Shown one piece after another: positions 16,618 to 27,593 of a stretch of 64,000 nucleotides of DNA. A model generated the notes under the pieces. That model did no database searches and had not been told where the DNA came from. It was given only the letters and a program-made list of their open reading frames with translations. A program made the translations under genes and the position numbers. Numbering within the stretch: position 1 is the stretch's first letter; each line of letters opens with the position of its first letter. The DNA comes from a bacterium (lineage in GTDB: Bacteria > Bacillota > Clostridia > Lachnospirales > Lachnospiraceae): positions 8,103-72,102 of the forward strand of contig CAVKRN010000005.1 in assembly GCA_963658695.1 (NCBI GenBank), in the 5' to 3' direction.

Positions 16618-19251
16618 TCAGGCCTTCGCATTTCCATCCTTAATCGCTGCCTGTGCCGCCGCAAGTCTTGCAATCGGAACACGGAACGGAGAGCAGCTGA
16701 CATAGGTCAGACCTACACGGTTGCAGAACTCAATGGAAGCCGGATCGCCGCCGTGCTCACCGCAGATTCCCAGGTGAATGTCCGGACGAACCTTCTTGCC
16801 CTTCTCAACTGCCAGCTGAATCAACTGACCAACGCCGTTCTGATCCAGATGTGCAAACGGATCCTGCTCATAGATCTTGGACTTGTAGTAATCCTGCAGG
16901 AATTTGCCGGCATCATCACGGGAGAATCCGAAGGTCATCTGCGTCAGATCGTTGGTTCCGAAACTGAAGAACTCTGCCTCCTGTGCAATCTGATCTGCCA
17001 TCAGGGCTGCACGCGGAATCTCGATCATGGTGCCGATGTGGTAGGTAATATCGGAATTTTTCTCCTCTTTCACCTTCTCCGCCGTCGCAACAATTTCCTT
17101 CTTTACAAAGGAAAGCTCCTTCACATCGCCGACAAGAGGAACCATAATCTCGGGAACGATATCATAGCCCTTCTCTTCCTTCACCTCGATGGCAGCCTCC
17201 ATAACCGCTCTGGTCTGCATTCTGGCAATTTCCGGGAAGGTAACCGACAGACGGCAGCCGCGGTGTCCCATCATCGGGTTAAACTCCTTCAGATCATCGC
17301 AGCGTCTTTGTACTTCATCTTCTGTCAGATTCATCTCAGCCGCCATTGCCTTGATTTCATCCGGTGTATTCGGCACGAACTCATGAAGCGGCGGATCCAG
17401 GAAGCGGATGGTAACCGGTCTTCCCTCCATAGCCTTATAAATGCCCTTGAAGTCACCCTTCTGGAACGGAATCAGCTCATTGAGTGCAGCCTCTCTCTCC
17501 TCTGTCGTATCCGAAAGGATCATCTTGCGGATCTTCGGAATACGATCCGGGTTAAAGAACATGTGCTCGGTGCGGCAAAGGCCGATGCCCTCTGCGCCAA
17601 GGTGTACGGCATTTGCCGCATCCTCCGGTGTATCCGCATTGGTGCGAACCTGCAGCACACGATACTTGTCTGCCCAGTCCATAATGCGCTGGAAGTTACC
17701 GGAAATGGTTGCCTCTACGGTCGGAACATCGCCCAGATAAATCTTACCGGTAGAGCCATCCAGAGAGATGTAGTCTCCCTCCTTGACTTTATGGCCGCTC
17801 AGTTCAAAGAACTTTCTCTCTTCGTCCACACGCATGTCGCCGCAGCCGGATACGCAGCAGGTTCCCATTCCTCTTGCCACAACCGCAGCGTGAGAAGTCA
17901 TGCCGCCGCGCATGGTCAGAACGCCTTCTGCTGCATGCATGCCGTCAATATCCTCCGGAGAGGTCTCCTGACGAACCAGAATGACACGGTTTCCTGCGGA
18001 ATGCGCTGCAACTGCATCCTCTGCGCTAAAGTATACACGTCCTGCAGCAGCTCCCGGAGATGCCGGAAGAGCTTGGCCGATTTCCTCTGCTCTTTCCAGC
18101 TTGGACATGTCAAACCCGGGATGCAGCAGCTGATCCAGAGACGCCGGCTCGATACGGGTTACCGCCGTTTTCTCATCGATCATGCCTTCATCAACAAGGT
18201 CGCATGCAACCTGAATAGCTGCCTGTGCGGTTCTCTTGCCGTTTCTGGTCTGCAGGAAGAACAGCTTGCCGTCTTCAATGGTAAACTCCATATCCTGCAT
18301 ATCCTTGTAATGATCTTCCAGCTTGTGTGCAATTGCCAGGAACTCCTCGTAGCACTCCGGAAGGTCCTCGCCAAGCTTTGTAATGGGCTGCGGTGTGCGA
18401 ATACCGGCTACTACATCCTCGCCCTGAGCATTGATCAGATACTCACCAAAAATACCCTTTGCGCCGGTTGCCGGATTTCTGGTAAAGGCTACGCCGGTAC
18501 CGGATGTGTTGCCCATATTTCCGAATACCATGGACTGCACGTTAACGGCGGTACCAAGCTCATACGGAATGTCATACATACGGCGATACGTATTCGCTCT
18601 GGGATTATCCCAGGAACGGAACACCGCCTTGATAGCCTCCATCAGCTGTACACGGGGATCCTGCGGGAACTCCTCACCCTGCTGATCCTTATAAAGCTTT
18701 TTGTACTCTGCAATAACGTTCTGCAGATCCTCTGCCGTCAGCTCGGTATCAAACTTGTAGCCGTGCTTGCTCTTCTCACCTTCCAGTATTGCATCAAAAA
18801 GGGTCTTGGGCTGTCCCATAACAACATCCGAGAACATCTGGATGAAGCGGCGATAGGAATCGTAGGCAAAGCGCGGGTTCCCCGTCTTCTTCGCAAAGCC
18901 GACAACCGAAATATCGTTCAGGCCAAGGTTCAGGATGGTATCCATCATGCCAGGCATGGACACCGGTGCGCCGGAGCGGACAGACACCAGAAGCGGATCC
19001 GTCTCATCCCCGAACTTCTTGCCGCGGATGCCTTCCAGCCAGGACAGTGCATCAAAGATCTGCTGCTGCGTATCCTCGTTGATCTGCTTGCCGTCGTTGT
19101 AATAATCGGTGCAAGCCTCGGTGGAGATGGTAAAGCCTTGCGGTACAGGCAGTCCAAGATTGGTCATCTCTGCAAGATTGGCGCCCTTGCCGCCGAGAAG
19201 ATCACGCATTTTAGCATTGCCTTCTTCGAACTTGTAAACCCTCTTACTCAT
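16618..19251 (-). CDS. ppdK: Pyruvate phosphate dikinase
   Basis: LLGGKGANLAEM, GGMTSHAAVVAR (phospho-His), SFGTNDLTQ, GICGEHGG; start after GGAGGT. Confidence 0.98.
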   Translation of the reverse strand: MSKRVYKFEEGNAKMRDLLGGKGANLAEMTNLGLPVPQGFTISTEACTDYYNDGKQINEDTQQQIFDALSWLEGIRGKKFGDETDPLLVSVRSGAPVSMPGMMDTILNLGLNDISVVGFAKKTGNPRFAYDSYRRFIQMFSDVVMGQPKTLFDAILEGEKSKHGYKFDTELTAEDLQNVIAEYKKLYKDQQGEEFPQDPRVQLMEAIKAVFRSWDNPRANTYRRMYDIPYELGTAVNVQSMVFGNMGNTSGTGVAFTRNPATGAKGIFGEYLINAQGEDVVAGIRTPQPITKLGEDLPECYEEFLAIAHKLEDHYKDMQDMEFTIEDGKLFFLQTRNGKRTAQAAIQVACDLVDEGMIDEKTAVTRIEPASLDQLLHPGFDMSKLERAEEIGQALPASPGAAAGRVYFSAEDAVAAHSAGNRVILVRQETSPEDIDGMHAAEGVLTMRGGMTSHAAVVARGMGTCCVSGCGDMRVDEERKFFELSGHKVKEGDYISLDGSTGKIYLGDVPTVEATISGNFQRIMDWADKYRVLQVRTNADTPEDAANAVHLGAEGIGLCRTEHMFFNPDRIPKIRKMILSDTTEEREAALNELIPFQKGDFKGIYKAMEGRPVTIRFLDPPLHEFVPNTPDEIKAMAAEMNLTEDEVQRRCDDLKEFNPMMGHRGCRLSVTFPEIARMQTRAVMEAAIEVKEEKGYDIVPEIMVPLVGDVKELSFVKKEIVATAEKVKEEKNSDITYHIGTMIEIPRAALMADQIAQEAEFFSFGTNDLTQMTFGFSRDDAGKFLQDYYKSKIYEQDPFAHLDQNGVGQLIQLAVEKGKKVRPDIHLGICGEHGGDPASIEFCNRVGLTYVSCSPFRVPIARLAAAQAAIKDGNAKA

Positions 19252-19454
19252 TTTAACCTCCAAACTGCAGCCCTTACGGCTGACGTTTCATTATGTGAAA
19301 TTAGTATACTCTATCTCTGGTATTTCGCCCACCCTCTTCTTGCTCTCTCTTATACATCTTGTGCGAAAACGACAATTTTAATATTACATTTTTGGTGCAT
19401 CTGTTAGAGTCACTTCGCAACTAGTACATCGTTTGCAAAATAACTGGCCTAATA

Positions 19455-19500
19455 ACGCAGAAAGCGGATATGTCAACAAAGACATACCCGCTTTCTGCGT
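19455..19500 (-). terminator. 20-bp stem-loop downstream of queA
   Basis: ACGCAGAAAGCGGATATGTC/GACATACCCGCTTTCTGCGT. Confidence 0.7.
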
Positions 19501-19520
19501 AGCAATTTATACTTCTATCT

Positions 19521-20612
19521 TTATTGTCCTTCTGTTTTCCGATTGCGGAATTCGGTGTCAATAAACAAGCACGCATCCCCAAAGGAAAAAAATCGGTATC
19601 TCTCCCTCACTGCCTCCTCATAGGCATGCAGTACGTGCTCCCGACCCGCAAAGGCAGAAACCAGCATCACCAGTGTGGATTCCGGCAAATGGAAATTGGT
19701 AATCAGGCCATCCATCACCTTAAACCGATATCCCGGATAGATAAAAATAGAGGTATTATCCGCACCGGCCTGCACCAATCCGTTTTCATCCGCCGCCGAT
19801 TCCACCGTGCGGCAGCTTGTTGTCCCGACGCAGATGACCCGTCCGCCCTCCGCGTGCGTCCGGTTGATCTGCTCGGCTGCCTGCGGCGGAACATTATACC
19901 ATTCCGTGTGCATGTGATGATTGGTTACATCATCCACCTTCACCGGGCGAAACGTTCCCAGGCCCACGTGAAGCGTCACATACGCCAGATGCACGCCTTT
20001 ATCCTGTATCTTCTGCAGAAGCTCCTCCGTAAAGTGCAGCCCCGCCGTGGGCGCCGCAGCGCTTCCGTCAAACTTGGCATACACCGTCTGATACATATTC
20101 GGATCCGCCAGTTTATGCGTAATATAGGGCGGCAGCGGCATCTGGCCGAGCCGGTCCAGGACCTCTTCAAAAATCCCCTGGTAATAAAATTTCACCAGTC
20201 GGTTTCCGTCCTCAACCACATCCAGAATTTCCCCGCGAAGCTGCCCGTCGCCAAAGCTTACCATCGCCCCCGGTCGAAGCTTCTTGCCCGGACGCACCAG
20301 TGTTTCCCACACATCGTTTTCACGGCGCTTGAGCAGCAAAACTTCAACACCCGCCCCGGTTCCCTCCTTGGTACCCAGGAGTCTGGCAGGAATCACCTTC
20401 GTATTGTTCAGAACCAACGTGTCCCCCGGCTCCAGATACTCAATCACGTCATGAAATATGCGGTGCTCCAGTTCTCCGGTGTTCCGATCGACGCACAAAA
20501 GCCGGCAGGCATCTCTTACCTCATTGGGGTCCTGCGCAATCAGCTCCTTCGGAAGATCAAAATAATAATCCGCTGTTCTATGGCCAATCGGCACATTTCC
20601 CTGTTCTACCAT
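19521..20612 (-). CDS. queA: SAM:tRNA ribosyltransferase-isomerase
   Basis: [44 protein letters not shown]. Confidence 0.97.
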   Translation of the reverse strand: MVEQGNVPIGHRTADYYFDLPKELIAQDPNEVRDACRLLCVDRNTGELEHRIFHDVIEYLEPGDTLVLNNTKVIPARLLGTKEGTGAGVEVLLLKRRENDVWETLVRPGKKLRPGAMVSFGDGQLRGEILDVVEDGNRLVKFYYQGIFEEVLDRLGQMPLPPYITHKLADPNMYQTVYAKFDGSAAAPTAGLHFTEELLQKIQDKGVHLAYVTLHVGLGTFRPVKVDDVTNHHMHTEWYNVPPQAAEQINRTHAEGGRVICVGTTSCRTVESAADENGLVQAGADNTSIFIYPGYRFKVMDGLITNFHLPESTLVMLVSAFAGREHVLHAYEEAVRERYRFFSFGDACLFIDTEFRNRKTEGQ

Positions 20613-20630
20613 CTGTATTTCCTTCTTTCT

Positions 20631-22091
20631 TCAGGCATTGCGCAGCGATGCATACTTTAAGAATGCCTTGTATCCGCGATAGGCTTCATAAATATCCGCT
20701 TTGGATACAGTCTCTGCCGGAGAATGCATCGAGAGCACCGGTACGCCGCTGTCAATGACATTCATGCCGTAGAGTGCCAGGATGTAGGCGATGGTTCCGC
20801 CGCCGCCAACATCGACCTTTCCAAGCTCTGCGGTCTGCGTTACAACACCTTCCCGGTCAAAGATATCGCGCAAATGTGCGATGTATTCCGCATTGGCATC
20901 ATTGGAATCATACTTGCCGCGGGAGCCTGTGAATTTATTGAACACCATTCCGCGGCCAAGGAATGCGGTATTCTTCTCATCGAAGCAATCCGCCCAGTTC
21001 GCATCATATGCCGAAGATACATCACTGGAAAGCATATCCGAATTAGCAAGGCAGCGGCGAAGTGCAAGATCACTGTAGCAGCCGCAAAGATTCATCACCT
21101 CGGCCATTGCATTTTCAAAATATCTTGACTGCATACCAGTTGCACCTACCGATCCGATCTCCTCCTTATCAACCAGGAGGCATACACTGGTGCGCTCCGG
21201 CGCATTAGCCTCATTGTCATACTGCGCATCCACCAACGCGCGGAAGGAAGGATATGCACAAACGCGGTCATCGTGTCCATAGCCCAGAATCATGCTGCGA
21301 TCAAAACCGGCATCTCTTGCAGGGCCTGCCGGAACCACCTCAAGCTCAGCGGACTCAAAATCCTCTTCCTCGATTCCGTAGGTCTCCTTCAGGATGGTCA
21401 GAAGCGAATTCTTGACTGCCTCCTTATCCTTTTCTCCCTCCTTGCTGCCGCTCTTTGTCTTGGCATCAATGATGATGGGCTTATTACCGATGATCAGATC
21501 CAGAGCCTCTCCGTCAATCACCTCATTGGCCTTCTTCTGCATCTGGTTCTGCGCCAGGTGAATCAGCAAATCCGAAATGAAGAAGACCGGATCATCCGGA
21601 TCCTCTCCCACATTCAGTACGATGGTCTCTCCGTTTTTCTTAACAAGAACCCCGTGAAGCGCTAGCGGCCTTGCAACAAACTGGTACTTTTTAATACCGC
21701 CGTAATAATGCGTATCCAGATATCCAAAGCCGCCCTTTTCGAACAGCGGGTTCTGCTTCACATCCATGCGTGGGCTGTCGATATGAGCACCAAGGATATT
21801 CACGCCCTCCTCCAGTGCATGGGTTCCGATGCGAAACAGCACCATCGACTTATTCATCCACGTCATATAAACCTTGTCACCGGCTTTGAGCTTTGTGCCA
21901 TTCTTCTCATTCTCAGCAATGGCGCGGGAAAGCTCTACATAGCCTGCCGCCTCTGCCTCATTGACGAACGTATCCACGCACTCACGCTCCGTCTTGTTCT
22001 CTGAAAGGAACACGCGGTACTGCTCTGCAAAATCAAGGCAGTTCTTCTGCATTTCCAGATCATACGTATTCCACACATTCTCTCGTTCCAT
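20631..22091 (-). CDS. M18-family aminopeptidase
   Basis: GAHIDSPR, YGHDDR, DKEEIGS, GGGTIA, LSMHSP. Confidence 0.93.
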   Translation of the reverse strand: MERENVWNTYDLEMQKNCLDFAEQYRVFLSENKTERECVDTFVNEAEAAGYVELSRAIAENEKNGTKLKAGDKVYMTWMNKSMVLFRIGTHALEEGVNILGAHIDSPRMDVKQNPLFEKGGFGYLDTHYYGGIKKYQFVARPLALHGVLVKKNGETIVLNVGEDPDDPVFFISDLLIHLAQNQMQKKANEVIDGEALDLIIGNKPIIIDAKTKSGSKEGEKDKEAVKNSLLTILKETYGIEEEDFESAELEVVPAGPARDAGFDRSMILGYGHDDRVCAYPSFRALVDAQYDNEANAPERTSVCLLVDKEEIGSVGATGMQSRYFENAMAEVMNLCGCYSDLALRRCLANSDMLSSDVSSAYDANWADCFDEKNTAFLGRGMVFNKFTGSRGKYDSNDANAEYIAHLRDIFDREGVVTQTAELGKVDVGGGGTIAYILALYGMNVIDSGVPVLSMHSPAETVSKADIYEAYRGYKAFLKYASLRNA

Positions 22092-22132
22092 GTTCTCTCC
22101 TTCCTTTGCCGCAGCCCATCTGCAGCCACGCA

Positions 22133-23734
22133 TCACTCTGTCTCGCCTTTCGCTCCGCGCACGCTGGACTTGTGATAATACTCTGCAAGCTTCTGATTCA
22201 CCCAGTCTTCAGGGTCTTCACTCACATCCATATAGTACAAGAGAGCCGGCTGTTCAATGTGCCTTGGCAGCTCCGCATCCGGTTGTCCCTCGTCCTGCAA
22301 AATAGCAAGGCGCTGTGCATTTTCCTCGCCGTACCGCGCGGCCGATCCATTTATAAGATCCGTGACCGCTCGGGATGCGGTGTACAGATCCGGATTCCCC
22401 TTCACCGCCAGCAGTGAAAAGACAAGCCAACATCCGGCAATGCCCATACATACAACGCGCCCTGACCGGATGGGAGCCGTAAATCCCGCACGAGCCAGTC
22501 CTCCGATAAGATACCACTCCAGTATCAGCAGTACAAGGACCGCATGTAGCCAGAAGGTGCTCTGAATGCGGCCGGCGTCCATATTCCCCTGTGCATACAG
22601 AGCCGGTGTTACTACCGCACTGACAAGACCATAAGCAAAAATAGTGGCCAAAAGAGGATGCCGGTAGGACAGATTCTCCTTCATTTTACCTGCCGTCTCC
22701 GAACGAAATGCCGTCGCAAATACAACTGCCGCAATCACTAAAATCGCAATGATCGCCCAGCTTAGCCACTGATTCATCGGGTAGGACAACGTATAATACA
22801 GTGACAGCACAATTGATTTCACCGCGCCATATCCGCCGGTCTGCTCTCCGCGGATCCGGTTTCCCGGTGCAAGACCGCTAAGTGCCAGACCCAACAGATT
22901 CCAAGCCGCCGGAGCCGCATGCATCCATTTCCAGTCTGCCGCAAAAAGAACATGACCCTTTTCCGGCAGCAACCTCCCCATACAGCCGCTTTGCCGCAGC
23001 AACAGCAGAATCAAAAACGCTGCCGACACAATGGCATAGGAAAGTGCACTGAGATAATTACCGCCTCCTGTAAGAAAGCCCAAAAGGCAAGCCATTCCCC
23101 ACCAAAGAATACGTTTCTTTCCGCCCCCCGCGTACACCGCCAGAATAAGGCACCCCAGATAGCACAGTCCCAGTGAAAAGGTCAGCGTATAATTGCCGGC
23201 CCCGCTGTACCAGTAAAAGGCTTCGGCCCGCGGAGCGCCCTCCGGCATCAGCTGCACCATCAGAAATAGCATCAAAATGGTCATACAGCGTCTCGCGTAT
23301 CGGTCCATGCCAAGGAGCCGTTCCATCAGTACATACAAAAAGAACACAACACCGATGTGAAGTCCGACCAGAATAATAATCGGCGTCAACCAATACCAGC
23401 CGTCTCCAAAGGTTGCCGGGGATACGGTTGTAAACAGACACGAGGTAAAATATCCAATCCAGGTTTGGTAATACCGGACGGTCTCCGAGAGTATTTTGCC
23501 CAAAACTGCAGACACCGATCCCGTTTCTTCATAAATCAGCCGGGTGCCAAGTCCCATAGAAAAATCGTCCGCCGATGGTGCATCGTACCGCCCGATCCAT
23601 ACGACCGGAATCAGCATCAAGACGTAAACAACCAGCAGGATCCACGACAGCTTCTGAAGATCCATCGACTTCTCCGATGGGCTTGTGCCGTTCTCATGCT
23701 GACACAGATTCTTTTTCCGATATCCACGGTCCAT
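22133..23734 (-). CDS. Polytopic membrane protein, probable GT-C-like/DUF6056-type glycosylation protein
   Basis: TM1 followed by PSADDF, FYWYSGAGNY, LAPGNRIR, ~12 hydrophobic segments. Confidence 0.6.
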   Translation of the reverse strand: MDRGYRKKNLCQHENGTSPSEKSMDLQKLSWILLVVYVLMLIPVVWIGRYDAPSADDFSMGLGTRLIYEETGSVSAVLGKILSETVRYYQTWIGYFTSCLFTTVSPATFGDGWYWLTPIIILVGLHIGVVFFLYVLMERLLGMDRYARRCMTILMLFLMVQLMPEGAPRAEAFYWYSGAGNYTLTFSLGLCYLGCLILAVYAGGGKKRILWWGMACLLGFLTGGGNYLSALSYAIVSAAFLILLLLRQSGCMGRLLPEKGHVLFAADWKWMHAAPAAWNLLGLALSGLAPGNRIRGEQTGGYGAVKSIVLSLYYTLSYPMNQWLSWAIIAILVIAAVVFATAFRSETAGKMKENLSYRHPLLATIFAYGLVSAVVTPALYAQGNMDAGRIQSTFWLHAVLVLLILEWYLIGGLARAGFTAPIRSGRVVCMGIAGCWLVFSLLAVKGNPDLYTASRAVTDLINGSAARYGEENAQRLAILQDEGQPDAELPRHIEQPALLYYMDVSEDPEDWVNQKLAEYYHKSSVRGAKGETE

Positions 23735-23847
23735 TATCTTTCCCTTGTCGCAACTGCGCGTATACCTAAAACAGAAGTAACTGTAGAAGAGGCCCGAGCC
23801 TTATCCGCTCGCGCCTCTTCCAAAGATCTTTCTAAATGAGTACCTAC

Positions 23848-26382
23848 TCAGGAGCGGAGCTCAATGTTCAGACCCTCCAGACCATTCAGGATCTTCTTCA
23901 TTGCCTTATCCACTTCCTCCGTCTCCAGCGTACGATCCTTGTGACGGAATGTGAGGCTATACGCCATGGACTTGCAACCGGGCTTTACCTGTACGCCTTC
24001 ATACAAATCAAACAGACGGTAGGACTCGAGGAGCTTTCCGGCTCTTAGCTCAATAACCTCTTCAATGGCGCCCGCCGTAATTTCCTTCGGAACCACCATG
24101 GATATGTCACGGCTCATCGCAGGGAACTTGGCAATTCCCTCATAATGATGTGCAAAAGAAGCCTTCTCCAGTACGAGCTTGAGATCAATGCATGCAATGT
24201 ATGCCCGATCGCCGATACCATATGCCTTGGCAACCGTAGGATGCACCTCTCCCATGTAGCCGATCAGTGTCTGAACCGGCGTTCCCTTCGGTCCGCCGTG
24301 AGGATTCGAGAGAATGATATTAGCCTGACGTCCCGGATGTAGGAAGCTCTTCCCCGACTGCGGATCGCACAGCATCTTCTCCTTGACACCAACGGTCTTT
24401 AAGAAATCCTCTACAACACCCTTTAAGGTATAGAAGCTGCCATCACCATAGAAGCCCAGGGTCAAAAGCGGCCGTTCGTCCGGATACTCCGTAAGCGGCA
24501 GCTCCTGTGCCTGATAGATCTTGCCAAGATCAAAGAGCTTTACGTCCTTGTTGCGGCGCGCATAATTCGTTCCCAGTGATGTCAGAATGGAATTGACCAT
24601 CTGCGTCCGCATAATCGAGAAATCCTCTCCGAGCGGATTGGAAATCTTAATGGCTCTGCGTTCCGGTGCCTCCGGATCCAGGAGCAGAAGATCAAAAACC
24701 TTCGGGCTTTCAAAAGAGAAGGTCTCTGCTTCTGAATACCCGTAATCCATAGCAACTGTTCTTGCCGCATCCTGCAGCTTCATCATCGGCTGAAGACCGC
24801 CCACTGTTGCTGCACTGGCGGGCAGTGTCGACGGTACCTTATCATAACCGTCAAATCTTGCTGCCTCTTCGGCAATGTCACACATAGCCTTCAGATCCTG
24901 GCGGAACGAGGGAATTACCAGATCGCCCGTCTCCTCATCATAGACAAGCTCTTCCCGCCGGAAAATGTCCAGCATCCGTTCTCTGGTATAGGATGTTCCC
25001 AGATATGCGTTGATCTTCTCCGGCTCAAACGGAATCCGGCGAAGGGCCGGAAGCTCTCCGTGCACGTCCACATAGCTCTTTGCCACCTTGCCGCAGCCAA
25101 GCTCTTCCATCAGCTGGCAGGCACGATCCATTGCATCTAGTGCATTGTAAGGATCCAGTCCCTTTTCGAAAATGGCCGAAGCCTCGGTGCGAAGTCCAAC
25201 TCGTTTGGAAGATTTGCGGATGTTCGTGCCGTTAAAGGTTGCAGCCTCAAACAGAACTGTGTGTACATTCTCCGTAATCATGGAGTCCTCACCGCCCATG
25301 ATGCCGGCGATGCCCACCGGGCGCTCCGCGTCATTGATCATCAGAACGTCGCTGTCGAGCTTTCTCTCCTGATCATCCAACGTTGTAAACGTATCTCCGT
25401 CTGCTGCCCGTTTTACAATGATCTTACCGCCATGAATGGTATCAAAATCATAGGCATGCATCGGCTGACCGTATTCCATCATAACAAAATTCGTGATATC
25501 GACCAGATTGTTGATCGAACGAATTCCGTAATTGGCAAGCCTGCGCTGCATCCAGCGCGGGCTCGGTGCCAGCTTTACATCCGTACAGATGGCTGCCACA
25601 TACCGGCTGCAAAGATCCGTATCCTCAATCGAAACCTCTACATAATCCGAGGTGTCCTTCTCGCCCTCATGCTTTACCTCTACCTTGGGTGCCACAAAGG
25701 GCTTCTCAAAGGTGACAGCCGCCTCCCTGGCAATACCCAGGATGGAATAGCAATCCACGCGGTTTGAAGTGATCTCATACTCAAACACGGTATCATGCAG
25801 TCCCAGCGCCTCCAGCGCATCGCTGCCAAGAGCCAGATCCTTTGCCTGGTCCTTCAGGAATACATAGATTCCGTTCTCCGGTGCCTCCGGATACATATCC
25901 CTTGATGCACCAAGCTCTTCAATGCCGCACATCATACCAACGCTGGCCAGTCCTCTCATTTTTCCGGACTTGATCGCAATTCCGTTCTCCGGAAGCGGAC
26001 CGCCGTCATGTCCGCCGGCCACTCTGCCTCCGTTTAAGCAGGTGGGAATGACATCCCCGACCTGAAGATTCTGCGCACTCGTTACAATCTGGATGCAGTC
26101 CTTTGCTGCCGCATCGTGCTCGGAAAGGCCATCGGTTTCCTCCGTATAGCCACCGGCAGCATAACCTTTTCCAATGTTAATCCGGCATACCCACAGATGG
26201 TCGGCGTCCGGATGTTTTTCCATAGCTTCCACACGGCCTACAACAATCTTTTCGCAGTTATGGTCCAGATTTCTCCAGTTCTCAACCTTTGTTCCCGAAA
26301 GGGTCATGCGGTCATAATATTCCTTGTCCGTGCACTCCAGCTCCGGAACATAATCCTTAATCCATGAAATTGGTGTATTCAT
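23848..26382 (-). CDS. pheT: Phenylalanine--tRNA ligase beta subunit
   Basis: KHPDAD, EITSNRVDC, GQPMHAYD, ISNPLGED, FPAMSRDIS. Confidence 0.98.
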   Translation of the reverse strand: MNTPISWIKDYVPELECTDKEYYDRMTLSGTKVENWRNLDHNCEKIVVGRVEAMEKHPDADHLWVCRINIGKGYAAGGYTEETDGLSEHDAAAKDCIQIVTSAQNLQVGDVIPTCLNGGRVAGGHDGGPLPENGIAIKSGKMRGLASVGMMCGIEELGASRDMYPEAPENGIYVFLKDQAKDLALGSDALEALGLHDTVFEYEITSNRVDCYSILGIAREAAVTFEKPFVAPKVEVKHEGEKDTSDYVEVSIEDTDLCSRYVAAICTDVKLAPSPRWMQRRLANYGIRSINNLVDITNFVMMEYGQPMHAYDFDTIHGGKIIVKRAADGDTFTTLDDQERKLDSDVLMINDAERPVGIAGIMGGEDSMITENVHTVLFEAATFNGTNIRKSSKRVGLRTEASAIFEKGLDPYNALDAMDRACQLMEELGCGKVAKSYVDVHGELPALRRIPFEPEKINAYLGTSYTRERMLDIFRREELVYDEETGDLVIPSFRQDLKAMCDIAEEAARFDGYDKVPSTLPASAATVGGLQPMMKLQDAARTVAMDYGYSEAETFSFESPKVFDLLLLDPEAPERRAIKISNPLGEDFSIMRTQMVNSILTSLGTNYARRNKDVKLFDLGKIYQAQELPLTEYPDERPLLTLGFYGDGSFYTLKGVVEDFLKTVGVKEKMLCDPQSGKSFLHPGRQANIILSNPHGGPKGTPVQTLIGYMGEVHPTVAKAYGIGDRAYIACIDLKLVLEKASFAHHYEGIAKFPAMSRDISMVVPKEITAGAIEEVIELRAGKLLESYRLFDLYEGVQVKPGCKSMAYSLTFRHKDRTLETEEVDKAMKKILNGLEGLNIELRS

Positions 26383-26400
26383 TGCTGCTTCCTGCCTCCG

Positions 26401-27423
26401 TCAGAACTGATCAATAAAGCGCTTGTCATTCTCATAAAGAAGACGCATGTCATCGATCTCATACTTAAGAAGCGCTATACGTTCCAGACCCACGCCAAAG
26501 GCAAAGCCTGAATAAACTTCCGGATCAATGCCGCTCATCTCCAGAACATGCGGATGCACCATGCCGCATCCAAGGATTTCAATCCAGCCCTCGTTCTTGC
26601 AGAAGCTGCATCCCTTCCCGCCGCACTTAAAGCAGGACACATCCATCTCTGCAGACGGCTCTGTAAACGGGAAATGATGCGGGCGGAAACGGACCTTCGT
26701 GTCCTCTCCGAATACGGATTTGGCAAACTCCGCCAGTGTTCCCTTCAGGTCCGCAAACGTGATTCCCTTATCAATGACAAGCCCCTCCACCTGATGGAAT
26801 ACCGGGCTGTGGGTTGCATCCACCTCGTCCGCACGATACACACGTCCCGGAGCGATCATGCGAATCGGAATCCGCCCCTTCTCCATCTCGTGGATCTGCG
26901 TGCCGGATGTCTGTGTACGCAGCAGCATCTCCCCGTTGATATAAAAGGTATCCTGCTCATCCTTGGCCGGATGATCCGCCGGAATATTAAGGGCCTCAAA
27001 ATTATAGTAGTCCTTCTCTATCTCCGGTCCTTCTACAACCTCATAGCCCATGCCGATAAAGACCTCTTCGATCTCACGAAGTGCCACGGTATTGGGGTGA
27101 AGATGGCCTCTTTCTTCCTTTCTGGCAGGAAGCGTAACATCGATGGTCTCTGCCTTTAGGCGTTCCTCCAGAAGCTTAGCCTCCACTTCCTTTTGATGGG
27201 AGCTGATGGCCTCCTCGATGCGGGCTCGCGTCTCATTGACCATCTGTCCCACTCTCGGACGGTCTTCCGCTGTCACATCCTTCATTCCCTTCAGAATACC
27301 GGTCAGCTGTCCCTTCTTTCCCAAGAAATCAACCTTAATCTGATTAATCTCTTCCGGAGAAAACGCCTTTTCCAGGCGTTCTCTGGCTTCCTGACGGATC
27401 CGTTCCAGATCTTCCTGTATCAT
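26401..27423 (-). CDS. pheS: Phenylalanine--tRNA ligase alpha subunit
   Basis: HPAKDEQDTFY, LLRTQTS, FPFTEPS, GFAFGVGLER. Confidence 0.98.
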   Translation of the reverse strand: MIQEDLERIRQEARERLEKAFSPEEINQIKVDFLGKKGQLTGILKGMKDVTAEDRPRVGQMVNETRARIEEAISSHQKEVEAKLLEERLKAETIDVTLPARKEERGHLHPNTVALREIEEVFIGMGYEVVEGPEIEKDYYNFEALNIPADHPAKDEQDTFYINGEMLLRTQTSGTQIHEMEKGRIPIRMIAPGRVYRADEVDATHSPVFHQVEGLVIDKGITFADLKGTLAEFAKSVFGEDTKVRFRPHHFPFTEPSAEMDVSCFKCGGKGCSFCKNEGWIEILGCGMVHPHVLEMSGIDPEVYSGFAFGVGLERIALLKYEIDDMRLLYENDKRFIDQF

Positions 27424-27593
27424 ATAAATAATCTCCTTTAAGATAGTTGTAACAATTCTGTGCGCCGCAATACCGGAGAATTCTTCCCCAACATAAACAG
27501 ACAGAGTCCATTATACATGGACTCTGCACAAATTACACGGAAAACCTATTTTCTTTTCTTCTCTTCACAGACGCCAGCCTGTGACAAACTTTT

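Noticed and set aside
16549..19407. 952-aa plus-strand ORF, and similar long antisense ORFs over priA, queA, the Xaa-Pro aminopeptidase, pgk and gap
   Set aside because: Shadow frames of strongly codon-biased genes; no recognisable motifs.
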